Assembly: GCF_000143415.4 (NCBI RefSeq) | Contig: NW_003314339.1 | Coordinates: forward strand, 55,751-119,750 | Length of the DNA stretch: 64,000 nt | DNA from: Selaginella moellendorffii | Taxonomy: Eukaryota > Plantae > Lycopodiophyta | Reading direction: 5' to 3' | Shown here: in pieces, positions 1-11,600 of the stretch | Layout of the letters: each line of letters begins with the position of its first letter | Position numbering within the stretch: position 1 is the first letter of the stretch | Position numbers and translations under genes: made by a program | The notes under the pieces: model-generated | What the model was told of the DNA's origin: nothing | Database searches by the model: none | Seen by the model: only the letters and a program-made list of their open reading frames with translations

Positions 1-20
1 AGAATTGTCGTCGTAGGTGG

Positions 21-1752
21 TTCCTTTTTTTTAACACTATACAATTTACTATAGTGAGAGTGGCTCTCCTCAAAATCTCACCTAAGATTAACTGTGTTGT
101 TAAGTTGGTACTAGATCATAGTAAAGAAGCAAAACCAAACTTGTAATCAATGGAATCCATTATTACAGACTTAAACAAACAGATCATTAAAAAGTATTAA
201 CTTAGGTGCATCTCCACTGTACTCATGCAATCAAATTTTGTGGAAGGGAAGATATATATTTGATTTGCTCCAGTAGCACACAAACAGCACAAACATGCCA
301 TTGAGCTTACCAATTCGATCATATATACCAAATTCTCATCAGTTGTCACTTCAGCATAATCTATCAATCACACACAATGTTGTGCCATTGAATTCTCGAT
401 GACCCTGCCAGCATATGCAAGCCTTCCTCACCATTTGAACAAGAAAGACGCTAGACAACAAGCTAGAAATAGTGAATGAGAATGAACGTTTAAACGCAGT
501 TTATATTAGTGGTAACTACAAACAAATAAAAGGTTAAGAGCGATACATCACAGCCGTTGGATTAAAGGATATCTTAGAATATACCATCCAAACCGTTAGA
601 TTTTAGTGCGGCTACGGTTTCGCGAGGTGAGAGAGACTCGGGTATTCGTCTTCCTCTGTGCAGCGGAAAGCTGCCATCTCTCGATGTTTGGGTGGCTTGA
701 ATCCCTCGGAGCTCTCCATCCGGTTGCACCCAGACAAAGGCGACGTTTTCCATCCCCTCTCTCTCAACTACACAATGGGCCTGTCGTGCCGGACTTGGGA
801 CGAGCTGGTCCAGGAGCTCAGCTGCATCTATTCTGACGCAATTGCTTTGCTCCCTGACACATCCCTCCGGACGCCAAGAAGCGGCAAAATGCGGCGATCA
901 TCCAAGGCATCCAGCTGCCCAAGGACGAAAGGGAGCCGGCTTGGATGTCGAAAACCGAAAACCGAAAGATTCCAAGGATTCAAATGAAGAAGCCTCGATA
1001 CCCAAAGAGCCTCACCATGGATTTTAGACGATTCCTGGTGCCGGATAGCCACACACAAAAAAAAATTCGAAAAATGGATGGATTTAACAGCAAATGAAAT
1101 CAATCAAGATGTGGACGTTAGATCTTGCTTCACCTGATATATAGAAGCGACTATGTTCAGGAAGTGAAATCTCCCATTACCAAGACAAAATATGTAGATC
1201 CTATTTTAAAAGCTTCCAAGTGATTACTGTATTGATGCTATTCGTGATGGATAAAGTAGTATCCTAAGAATTACAACGACTTCCATCATTACGACCATCC
1301 AAGGCGTCGTTGCCCTCACGAAGAACACCTTCGGTCAAATCCCGGAGAAGAATCCAGTACCGTGGATCCTCGCATGTTCACGAGATCCTGCGCAAGACCA
1401 TTGTCTGCTGGATAGCTCTCACGCAAGTTTCAACTTGAGCGCCGCCAGGAGCATGTTTGAGAGCATGAAGATGCACACCTTGGTTTCCTGGACCACCAAC
1501 GCTCAAAACGCTTGAAGGACAAAATCAGGAGTCAGAACCATACTCAGGGTGCTTCAATCCCTTTTGAAAGCTTCCACAGTCAGACCGTTTGCTTCTACAT
1601 CCCAAAGAAACCAGGGGATACCTCCAAACCATTCAAACACCATTTCAGCAGCATTCACTCTCTGCGTTATCTCTTTGGCTTCTTCCGATCCACTCTCGTA
1701 GTCTGTCACGCGTTTCCTCCAAGAAGACACAAGAGCATCGTACTCGTGCTTT
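21..1752. repeat. Left arm of large inverted duplication (partner 2473-4231)
   Basis: Reverse complement matches 2473-4231 along its length, e.g. AACACTATACAATTTACT near 33 vs AGTAAATTGTATAGTGTT near 4202, and mirrored ORFs 606..836+/3417..3647- and 828..1103-/3149..3679+. Scattered SNPs and a 28-bp indel. Confidence 0.95.
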
Positions 1753-2104
1753 TCCCATGCAGGCAGATAGCGAGTGAATGTTGTCCGCTTGGCTTTTCTG
1801 ACATTGAACTCGTCTGGTGATGAAGCAGCAACAAGGGTTTTATTTCCAACCATCTGCCCCAAGTCCACTCACAGATCGATGAGATGGTATCTACTTTGCT
1901 GTCCAGCACGATCTCCTGAGGGAAGTCTTCTCTATTCACCACCCTGAGCTTGTTACCCTTGAACATCAAAACTGTCGCTCTGGACTCGTAGATCATGACC
2001 GGAAGTACCAGACGAATGCAGATTTACCAACCCCTGAATTTCCATTCAAATGGCAGCACAACATCCACATGAATGGCACCAAGATCTTCCTGATCTCTTT
2101 GTAC
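1554..2104 (-). pseudogene. Crinkler/RHS-type (CR-NTPase) gene remnant, frameshifted, 5' end replaced by a hAT end
   Basis: Three overlapping frames give Walker A GNSGVGKS, then LVAASSPD...YLPAWEKHE...FEWFGGIP, resembling the CRN NTPase pattern (SSP, yMPxWsxxE, fGGxPR). Confidence 0.7.
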
Positions 2105-2472
2105 CATAGCTTCAAAACACGAACACGAACACGAACACGGCATTCAATTTTTTGAACACGAACAGGGAACACGGAAATGAACACGGATAAACATGGGTGA
2201 AAACATGAATATTCTCTAGAATATTCTACTTATCACTCCATCTCATCTAGAAGCTCCTCATTAGCAGGATCTTCATCTTCGTCTTCGTCCTCTTCTTCCA
2301 TAGCTTGAATATCAGCATCAGTAATTTGAGGAATACTTCCTGTCTAGCTCAATCCCACAAACTTGTCATAGGAAGTGTGGCTCCCTATCAACTTGGTATT
2401 ACTGGCCACAAATACCAAGTCTGCAATCCGGCTCACTACTAAGCAATTCCTCTTCTTTGAAGCGATGTGCCC
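2105..2472 (-). mobile_element. 3' end fragment of a hAT DNA transposon
   Basis: Minus-strand frame at ~2470-2345 reads HIASKKRNCLVVSRIADLVFVASNTKL, matching the hAT dimerisation-domain end (KxRNxL...dLVfv..N), followed by an acidic tail. Putative terminus CATAGCTTCAAAAC at 2105 with subterminal (AACACG)n repeats. Confidence 0.75.
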
Positions 2473-2671
2473 AAAGCACGAGTACGATGCTCTTGTGTCT
2501 TCTTGGAGGAAACGCGTGACAGACTACGAGAGTGGATCGGAAGAGACCAAAGAGATAACGCAGAGAGTGAATGCTGCTGAAATGGCGTTTGAATGGTTTG
2601 GAGGTATCCCCTGGTTTCTTTGGGATGTAGAAGCAAACGGTCTGACTGTGGAAGCTTTCGAAAGGGATTGA
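2473..2671 (+). pseudogene. Inverted duplicate of the 3' part of the Crinkler-like remnant
   Basis: KHEYDALVSSWRKRV...FEWFGGIPWFLWD, nearly identical to 1554..1752-. Confidence 0.7.
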
Positions 2672-4231
2672 AGCACCTGAGTATGGTTCTGACTCCTGAT
2701 TTTGTCCTTCAAGCGTTTTGAGCGTTGGTGGTCCAGGAAACCAAGGTGCGCATCTTCATGCTCTCAAACATGCTCCTGGCGGCGCTCAAGTTGAAACTTG
2801 CGTGAGAGGTATCCAGCAGACAATGGTCTTGCGCAGGATCTCGTGAACGGCCTTGTCAAAATGCCCATTCTCGCAAATGCGAGGATCCACGGTACTGGAT
2901 TCTTCTCCGGGATTTGACCGAAGCTGTTCTTCGTGAGGGCAACGACGCCTTGGATGGTCGTAATGATGGAAGTCGTTGTAATTCTTAGGATACTACTTTA
3001 TCCATCACGAATAGCATCAATACAGTAATCACTTGGAAGCTTTTAAAATAGGATCTACATATTTTGTCTTGGTAATGGGAGATTTCACTTCCTGAACACA
3101 GTCGCTTCTATATATCAGGTGAAGCAAGATCTAACGTCCACATCTTGATTGATTTCATTTGCTGTTAAATCCATCCATTTTTCGAATTTTTTTTTGTGTG
3201 TGGCTATCCGGCACCAGGAATCGTCTAAAATCCATGGTGAGGCTCTTTGGGTATCGAGGTTTCTTCATTTGAATCCTTGGAATCTTTCGGTTTTCGGTTT
3301 TCGACATCCAAGCCGGCTCCCTTTCGTCCTTGGGCGGCTGGATGCCTTGGATGATCGCCGCATTTTGCCGCGTCTTGGCGTCCGGAAGGGATGTGTCAGG
3401 GAGCGAAGCAATTGCGTCAGAATAGATGCAGCTGAGCTCCTGGACCAGCTCGTCCCAAGTCCGGCACGACAGGCCCGTTGTGTAGTTGAGAGAGAGGGGA
3501 TGGAAAACGTCGCCTTTGTCTGGGTGCAACCGGATGGAGAGCTCCGAGGGATTCAAGCCACCCAAACATCGAGAGATGGCAGCTTTCCGCTGCACAGAGG
3601 AAGACGAATACCCGAGTCTCTCTCACCTCGCGAAACCGTAGCCACACTAAAATCTAACGGTTTGGATGGTATATTCTAAGATATCCTTTAATCCAACGGC
3701 TGTGATGTATCGCTCTTAACCTTTTATTTGTTTGTAGTTACCACTAATATAAACTGCGTTTAAAAGTTCATTCTCATTCACTATTTCTAGCTTGTTGTCT
3801 AGCGTCTTTCTTGTTCAAATGGTGAGGAAGGCTTGCATATGCTGGCAGGGTCATTGAGAATTCAATGGCATAACATTGTGTGTGATTGATAGATTATGCT
3901 GAAGTGACAACTGATGAGAATTTTGGTATATATGATCGAATTGGTAAGCTCAATGGCATGTTTGTGCTGTTTGTGTGCTACTGGAGCAAATCAAATATAT
4001 ATCTTCCCTTCCACAAAATTTGATTGCATGAGTACAGTGGAGATGCACCTAAGTTAATACTTTTTAATGATCTGTTTGTTTAAGTCTGTAATAATGGATT
4101 CCATTGATTACAAGTTTGGTTTTGCTTCTTTACTATGATCTAGTACCAACTTAACAACACAGTTAATCTTAGGTGAGATTTTGAGGAGAGCCACTCTCAC
4201 TAGTAAATTGTATAGTGTTAAAAAAAAGGAA
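2473..4231. repeat. Right arm of large inverted duplication
   Basis: Starts AAAGCACGAGTACGATGC, the reverse complement of 1735-1752; contains an extra GGCCTTGTCAAAATGCCCATTCTCGCAA absent from the left arm. Confidence 0.95.
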
Positions 4232-4375
4232 AATAACAAAGTGGTTCAGAAGCTCAACACAGTTAATTTGATAATAAAATAATAAAATAATAAAATAGTG
4301 TTAAAAAAAGGAAAATAATAAAGTGGTCCAGAAACTCAACACAGTTATTTAATAATAAAATAATAAAATAGTGTT
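4215..4375. repeat. Two-copy ~80-bp AT-rich tandem repeat
   Basis: GTGTTAAAAAAAGGAAAATAAYAAAGTGGTYCAGAARCTCAACACAGTTA...(ATAATAAA)n occurs twice. Confidence 0.85.
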
Positions 4376-4416
4376 CATGTTAGGGGGCGACCCTAACACC
4401 GTATTATTTTTAATTG

Positions 4417-4508
4417 AAAGTCGAGGCAGATGGATATCGAACCCAGCAACCCTTCACAATAGAACATTACAGCGTGCATGCTATAACCACAAAGCCATGA
4501 ACACTGGG
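4417..4508 (-). other. tRNA-like (pseudo-tRNA or SINE head) sequence
   Basis: Minus strand shows A-box-like TGGCTTTGTGG, anticodon-loop-like CTGTAA and B-box-like GGTTCGATATCC, followed by TTT. Acceptor stem is not convincing. Confidence 0.45.
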
Positions 4509-5010
4509 AGATAGCAAAACATTATTTCAGCACCTCTTATTTGAAAAACAAGATTTGGAATCCATCTGATTGTCCACGTGGACGACATCCAGGGCCTGCG
4601 AGATCCTGGAGAGCAGCTACTGGCCGAATCAATACCGTCTTCATCCGGCATGAAATCAAAGATTTCTTTGGAGGTGGTCTGCTATTCACTGCTGGAAGGG
4701 GAACCCATGGAACGTCCTGTCATTCTGGGCAGTAGATTCGTCCAGGACACCAGATCCTTGGCCGGCGTTTTTGCCCAAGCTCGATTTCGCTGCCACAATT
4801 TGCCCCTGCTGCGCGAGCGCCATTATCATCGAGTTCCATGGCGCTCTGAGACGCAATCAAACATAGACTCTCACTCTCAGATGCGGGATGCCGCCACATA
4901 CGCGGTGATCATCGCGTTGCAGGAGACGATCACGGAACTCCTTATTCCTGGAAATCTCAAGATGCCCGGACTGGGCATACAGTGTACTGAGTGAGTGCCA
5001 ACCGACCAAG

Positions 5011-5661
5011 TCAATCCAAGATCTTGTTTGCCTGGCTGAGATTGGAGCTCCTCACCTCCACGTCCCAGTTGATCACGCGGAAAACCTCCTCTTTGCTGTC
5101 CAACTCCTCCAGACCCAGCCACCAGTACGACTGTGGCAAAACTTGAGAGATCTCGCACACAATCTCGTCAGCTTGAGCTCGAGGGAGGTGACGATCAATG
5201 TAGAGCTCTTCTTCTTCTTGCGTGATCAGGTCCTGGCAATCTTGCTCCTTGTCGATGGAGACGACGTTTGAATCGTTCATGTCCAGATGGTAGCTAAAGG
5301 CGAGCATGAATTTGTGGCACAAAAGCAAGTCCACGTTGATCCTACCTCTGCAAATCTCGGACAGCTTCTACATCCAAGTCGGCTCCCTTTCGTCCTTGGG
5401 CGGCTGGATGCCTTGGATGATCGCCGCATTTTGCCGCGTCTTGGCGTCCGGAAGGGATGTGTCAGGGAGCAAAGCAATTGCGTCAGAATAGATGCAGCTG
5501 AGCTCCTGGACCAGCTCGTCCCAAGTCCGGCACGACAGGCTCGTTGTGTAGTTGAGAGAGAGGGGATGGAAAACGTCGCCTTTGTCTGGGTGCAACTGGA
5601 TGGAGAGCTCCGAGGGATTCAAGCCACCCAAACATCGAGAGATGGCAGCTTTCCGCTGCAC
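5011..5661 (-). pseudogene. Unknown-function gene with one in-frame stop; truncated 5' copies at ~658-950 (+) and ~3305-3595 (-)
   Basis: ORFs 5368..5661 and 5011..5334 share one frame separated by TAG at 5368-5370; includes LSIQLHPDKG. Confidence 0.45.
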
Positions 5662-5952
5662 AGAGGAAGACGAATACCCGAGTCTCTCTCACCTCGCGAA
5701 ACCGTAGCCGCACTAAAATCTAACGGTTTGGATGGTATATTCTAAGATATCCTTTAATCCAACGGCTGTGATGTATCGCTCTTAACCTTTTATTTGTTTG
5801 TAGTTACCACTAATATAAACTGCGTTTAAAAGTTCATTCTCATTCACTATTTCTAGCATGTTGTCTAGCGTATTTCTTGTTCAAATGGTGAGGAAGGCTT
5901 GCATATGCTGGCAGGGTCATTAAAAATTCAATGGCACAACATTGTGTGTGAT
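5370..5952. repeat. Third copy of part of the duplicated segment (direct to ~3305-3886)
   Basis: Near-identical from CATCCAAG(T/C)CGGCTCCC to CATTGTGTGTGAT. Confidence 0.95.
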
Positions 5953-7315
5953 GTTTAAAAATTGCAAGCAAATATTAATCATTTATTTAGTTTTTGTATA
6001 TTCTAATTACACTCAACCTTTCATTTTGGACATGGATGCTTCTTTAAGTCACACTTAGAATATGAGAATTATGATAAGCATAGAGAAAGTATGGAATAAA
6101 CATCAAAGGCACTATCATCCATAAATGATCATTATGATCAATCCCCATAAAGTAAAATTGATTATTCTCAATACAATATTGAAAATGTAAATGTTGAAAT
6201 AGCAAATCATCATTAAATGATGCAAAATTTTTCAAATCATTTATAAGCTTATAAAATTTGAAGTACTATTCAAACCCAAGAACACTTAACCCAAAGTATC
6301 TTAAAATCTTTAAGGGATGAACTCTTGTTTATAGGCACTTTCTATTTATATATAAACCTTTATAGATCTTCTTTTAATTTATTACTTTTCTAGGAATTTG
6401 GGCTTTCCCTTTAGGACAGAAGTGAAGCATTTATACTAAGCTATTAAACCATGATATTTCCTATTGAAGTCCCAAACTTAAAAATGCATTTAAGGCTTGG
6501 GATTCAAAGCATCCTATGAATAAGTCTTATTGTACTATGGGATGTTAAGAATGTAGAGGCTTGGTATGCTTAGCTACTTTTGATTATGAAGAGTGTAACT
6601 AAATTTTAAGTCAAGTGTAATTTAAAGAAGGGGATTGAGAGAGAGTTTGGGAATTCGTGAAGAGATGGCTAACACCCTATTGCTCATATAATGAATTGTT
6701 AAACTTAAGTAATACCAAGTAAAAGTTAGTATAATAACTATAAACCTTGGTAAAGGAACTGCCAAAGTAGAGGTGGTTGGATAGACTAAATAAGCTGGTA
6801 AATTCAAAAAGGAAAACTTGTGGTTTACACCATTATAAAGCTTTTAGATCTAAGATTCAACATTTTGAGCTTCACCAATTTTATCAAGAGAAAGTAAATC
6901 TATCTATACACCTTATGGACACTAAATATTAAATATAGCTATTATTGACAGCACAAAATCGTTGTCAAAAAAATCCACTCATATTGGAATAATAGATTCA
7001 TTAAGAACTCAAGAAGAGAGCAAAAAAGGGAAAGAAACTTAAGACAATGCATTAGTATCAGCTATAGAACTCTATAAGCAATGAACAACTTCAAAATTAT
7101 ATATTTAAAACTTTTGAGTAATACAACAAACCAAATTCTTCTACTTCAATAATAAAGTAAGTGTAGCATAATCACTTTCTAGTAGTGTTATACAAGTACG
7201 TATGAAGTTTCTTGAACTATTGCTAGACACTCTTTTTCTATTATAGAGTAATTCACCTTTATTGGTTGCAATATACGATGACATATACATAATGGAATGG
7301 CTTGGGATATGAGAA

Positions 7316-7602
7316 ATGCTTTATTTCGTTAAAGTGGAACTTATTCAGTAAAGTGGGACATTAATTAGCATGTGTCCACATGCCATTTCCTAGTACTTAA
7401 TTAATATTTATTAATATTTCTATCAGTTTTTTAATTTATTTTTTATATTTCACAATATTATAACACAAAATCATATGAAAAGTTTTTAATTTATAAATTA
7501 TAAAGCTAAAACTTCAATTTTTTATTGTTGTTATAAAAATGGCATGTGGCCACACACCATAAGTGGGATAATGAAAAGTTCCACTTTAACGAAATAAAGC
7601 AT
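7316..7602. mobile_element. MITE, 27-bp perfect TIR, 4-bp TSD AGAA
   Basis: ATGCTTTATTTCGTTAAAGTGGAACTT at 7316-7342 with its reverse complement at 7576-7602. Inner IR TGTGTCCACATGCCATTT / AAATGGCATGTGGCCACAC. AGAA on both flanks. Confidence 0.85.
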
Positions 7603-7684
7603 AGAATAGGTATATTAGTTGGAGTTTAGACACTTGCTTATATATAAAGATGAATGAACCAAATTCAATCCTAAATAAATGGTT

Positions 7685-7871
7685 NNNNNNNNNNNNNNNN
7701 NNNNNNNNNNNNNNNNNNNNNNNNNNNNNNNNNNNNNNNNNNNNNNNNNNNNNNNNNNNNNNNNNNNNNNNNNNNNNNNNNNNNNNNNNNNNNNNNNNNN
7801 NNNNNNNNNNNNNNNNNNNNNNNNNNNNNNNNNNNNNNNNNNNNNNNNNNNNNNNNNNNNNNNNNNNNNNN
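7685..7871. other. Assembly gap
   Basis: Run of N. Confidence 1.
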
Positions 7872-8042
<171 letters not shown>

Positions 8043-8394
8043 TTATTTATTTGTTTATTTATAGACCTTATTTTAAGCTCTTAAATTTGGACTTCCTAAG
8101 AGGTCAACTAACCCAATATTATTCAAATCTCAAATATTCTAAAACCCTTGATTGAGAAAGAGGATGTATTTTTGTTCATAGGCTCTTTCTCTCTATATTT
8201 AAACCTTTATAAATCGAGTTGTTCTTTTTGGTTGCTTATAATTATTTAAATGTGAGACATAAATCCCTAAGCCCCAAAGTGAAGCTGAAAGGGGGCCACA
8301 TAGTACTAGCTGAAGCGGAAGCCAAATGAGTATAACACATTTAAACTAAAACAATATTATCAACTTCAAATATTCACAATAGTGTAGTACATCA

Positions 8395-8610
8395 AAGTGT
8401 GTGTTTGGATCTAAAGACATGACTTATTTTAGGTATTACATTTCTCATAAAGGTTTGCTAATTAATGTCGATAAAGTTTTGGCTTTTTTTAAATTCCTTA
8501 CTCCAAAATGTGTGAACAATATGCAATGTGTCCTTGGCAAAGTGCAACATTTTGGTAATTTTATTGATCATCTTTATGATTTGCTTAATCTTAAAGAAAA
8601 CTTTCCATAA
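8395..8610 (+). mobile_element. Ty3/Gypsy reverse-transcriptase remnant
   Basis: KCVFGSKDMTYFRYYISHKGLLINVDKV...TPK...CVLGKVQHFGNFI resembles the Gypsy RT C-terminal KC.F...lGh.is..Gi..dp.Kv...P....fLG...y.rFI. Confidence 0.65.
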
Positions 8611-11600
8611 CAAACCTAACATTTTGTGAACATCACGAATGTACTTTTCCTATATCACTTCCAAATGGATCAAGATTTTATTAATGAAGTTAGTAGTCAC
8701 CTCTTTCATATAACAAATAACCTAGTCTATCATTAACCAAAAAATGGTTGGATTATTATTTAAATTGAACAATATCACTAAGAACTTATTTAAACTAAAT
8801 GGTGTACAAAAAGTAGTTTGTACACCCTCCTTAGCCATCAATATTGGCTAGTATCTGGAAATAAGATATAACTTGGTAGACCAACAATTATGTCCCAAAG
8901 GAAACGAGGCAAAGTCCGAGATTGAGTTCGAGATAGAGTCGAAATGGAGCCCGATATGGACCCGAGATGGAGTCCAAAATGAAGATTGATATGAACCCGA
9001 AATAGACCTGAGTCTAAGATGGAGCCCAAGATAGACTTAAGATAAAGTCTGAGATGGATCTGAGATGGAGTCCGAGATGGACCCGAGATGGACCCAAGAT
9101 GGAGTCTGAAATGGACCTAAGATAGAGTTCGAGATGGGCCCGAGATGGAGTCCGAGATAGAGTCCAAGATGGAGTCTGAGGTCAAGTCCGAGATGGACTT
9201 GAGATAGAGTTCGAGGTCAAGGCTAAGAAAGAGACTAAGACCGAGACCAAGACCAAAACCGAGATTAAGACCGAGACCGAGATCAAGTCGAAGTCTGAGG
9301 GTGAAAGCCCAAAACATTCATCTCCCAGATCTTAAAGGGTTTAGTCAGCTCCAAAATTATAGTAGGACTCCAATGGTGCTAGTTTGGCCAAAAAAGGCTA
9401 GTATCATTAAGAAAGGCTATACTCACGTGCTGGGTGATGATATAACCATTAAGAAATTCAAGGCTATAGACAAACAAACAAGGTAGCTTTATGAAGTGTT
9501 CAAGAGCTGACTCTAGCTCCCCCGAGAGATCAAATGGTGAATGCTCTCAATCCAAGTATGGGTGGCACTACCTACTTAGATACCAGGTGTGGCTCATTAG
9601 AACCTCACTCTAGCCACATGGCTAGGGCACCCAAAGGCGGAAGGTGGGGAGAGTACCCATGAAGCTCGCGTAGGGCCATGGTGTTTTGAAATGTTGTCCC
9701 AAGGTCCCAGTGTGGAAAGGAAGAGGGGGAGTCCATATGGTTGTGTGACGAAGAAGTTTTAGAGGTCAATGAGACTTAGTGGTCAGGGTGTTGTGAGACA
9801 CAAAATCCCTAGGCCCCAAAGTGGAGCCGGAAGGGTGCCATGTGGTAATGGCCGAAGCGAAAACCAAACGAGCGTAACACATTTGGACTAAAAACTCTGA
9901 CTTGAAAGGTCGAGAGTGGGAGTGGAACTCCTAACGAAGTGCTCAAGAAACAAGCACAAAGCAAGCAATAAATGAGTTTCTAGAAAAAGGACACAAGAGG
10001 ACCAACACATACCATGTGGCAGAGTCCGATATAGAGTCCGAGATGGACCCAAGAAGGACCCAAGATGGAGTCCGAGATGGAGTCCGAGATGGACCTGAGA
10101 TGGAGTCCGAGATGGACCTGAGATGGAGTCCGAGATGGAATCTGAGATGGAGTCCGAGATGGAATCTGAGATGGAGTCCGAGGTCAAGACCGAGACCAGG
10201 ACCGAGACTGGGACCGAGACCGAGACTAGGACCGAGACCGAGACCGAGACTAGGACCGAGACCGAGACCGAGACCGAGATCGGGACCGAGACCGAGACCG
10301 AGACCAAGGCCAAGGCCGAGGCCGAGACTGAGCCCGAGCCCAAGTCCGAGTCCGAACCCGAGTCCGAGTCCAAGTCCGAGTCCGAGTCTGAGTCCGAGTT
10401 CGAGTTCGAGTCTGAGAGGGTGAAAACCCAAAGCGTTCATCTCCCAGACTCTAGAGGGTTTAGTGAGCTCCAAAAGTATAATAAAGGGGAGGATTGCAGT
10501 GGAACCAGTTTGGCCAGGAAAGGCAATTTGGCCTAGGAAGGCTATACCCAATGGTGGGTGATGAGCTGCCCATTGGGAAGTCCAAGACTAGAGTGAACAC
10601 GGACCAACAAGCGGGGTAGCTTGGTGAAGTGTTCAAGAGTTGGCTTTAGTTCCCTCGAGAGATCGAATGGTCGATGCTCCTAGTCCAAGTGTGGGTGGCA
10701 CTACCTACTTGGATACCTGGCGTGGCTCAACGGAACCTTGCTCTAAGCCCATGGCTAGAGCACCCAAAGGTGGAAGGTGGGGAGAGTACCCATGAGGCTT
10801 GCGTAGGGCCACGGTGTTTCGAAATGTTGTCCCAAAAGCCCAGACTATGGAAAGGATGAGGAGTAGTCCTTTGGTGTAGTGATCAAAGATACAGTTGGGT
10901 GGTGAGGAAGTCCCAGAAGACCATGGGACTTAGTGGTCGGGCTTGTGGGCCTCGATCCAGTGGCAGTGTTGGCAAACACGGCCATGGGCAGAAAGGGACT
11001 TGGTGGGAATTCAAAAAGGGATATTGGGGAATGCTATTCCCCATGTGTGTGGGCATCCTAAGGATGCTAAGGAGTGGATCTAGGATGATCACTCATGAAT
11101 GGATGGCCTAGTCTTTGAGAGACAGGACTGTGATGTTGGTGGTGTTAGGCCACCGGTGTGACCAAGGTGAATGGGCATGGCCTTAGCGTAACGGGCTGAT
11201 ATGTCGGTGGTACTTTGGGGTGTTAGTCTTGGGATTGGACACGTGGAGCGTTTAGACCAAATGCAATGGTTAAGTGGCATGGATGCCATTTTTGGGGCTA
11301 GCAAGTCCCTAAGTCCAAAATAGGACTTATGGAGGTTGTGAGTGAGACTCCTCCAAGTGGTTGAAGGTATGGTTAAATGACTAAAGTAGAATGGAAAATT
11401 TAGTACTTTGAGACCGGAATTGATGACCATGGGAGGTCAAATACAGAAGAGGACACAAGTCCTTGAAATGGTAACTGGGGCTACCTCTAATAAATGTTCG
11501 AACAACCCAAGGAGTTGGGGGTGTACTCAGAGGATGAGTTGGTATTCTCATCACATGGACAAGTGGTCATAAGGGGCAAAAGGTTGCCCCAAGAGAGTGT

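Noticed and set aside
4417-4508. Functional tRNA-Tyr gene
   Set aside because: Acceptor and T stems pair poorly; kept only as tRNA-like.
6044-6235. Possible Gypsy pre-integrase fragment (IVP...YAYHNS)
   Set aside because: Weak similarity in AT-rich decayed DNA; not supportable without a search.
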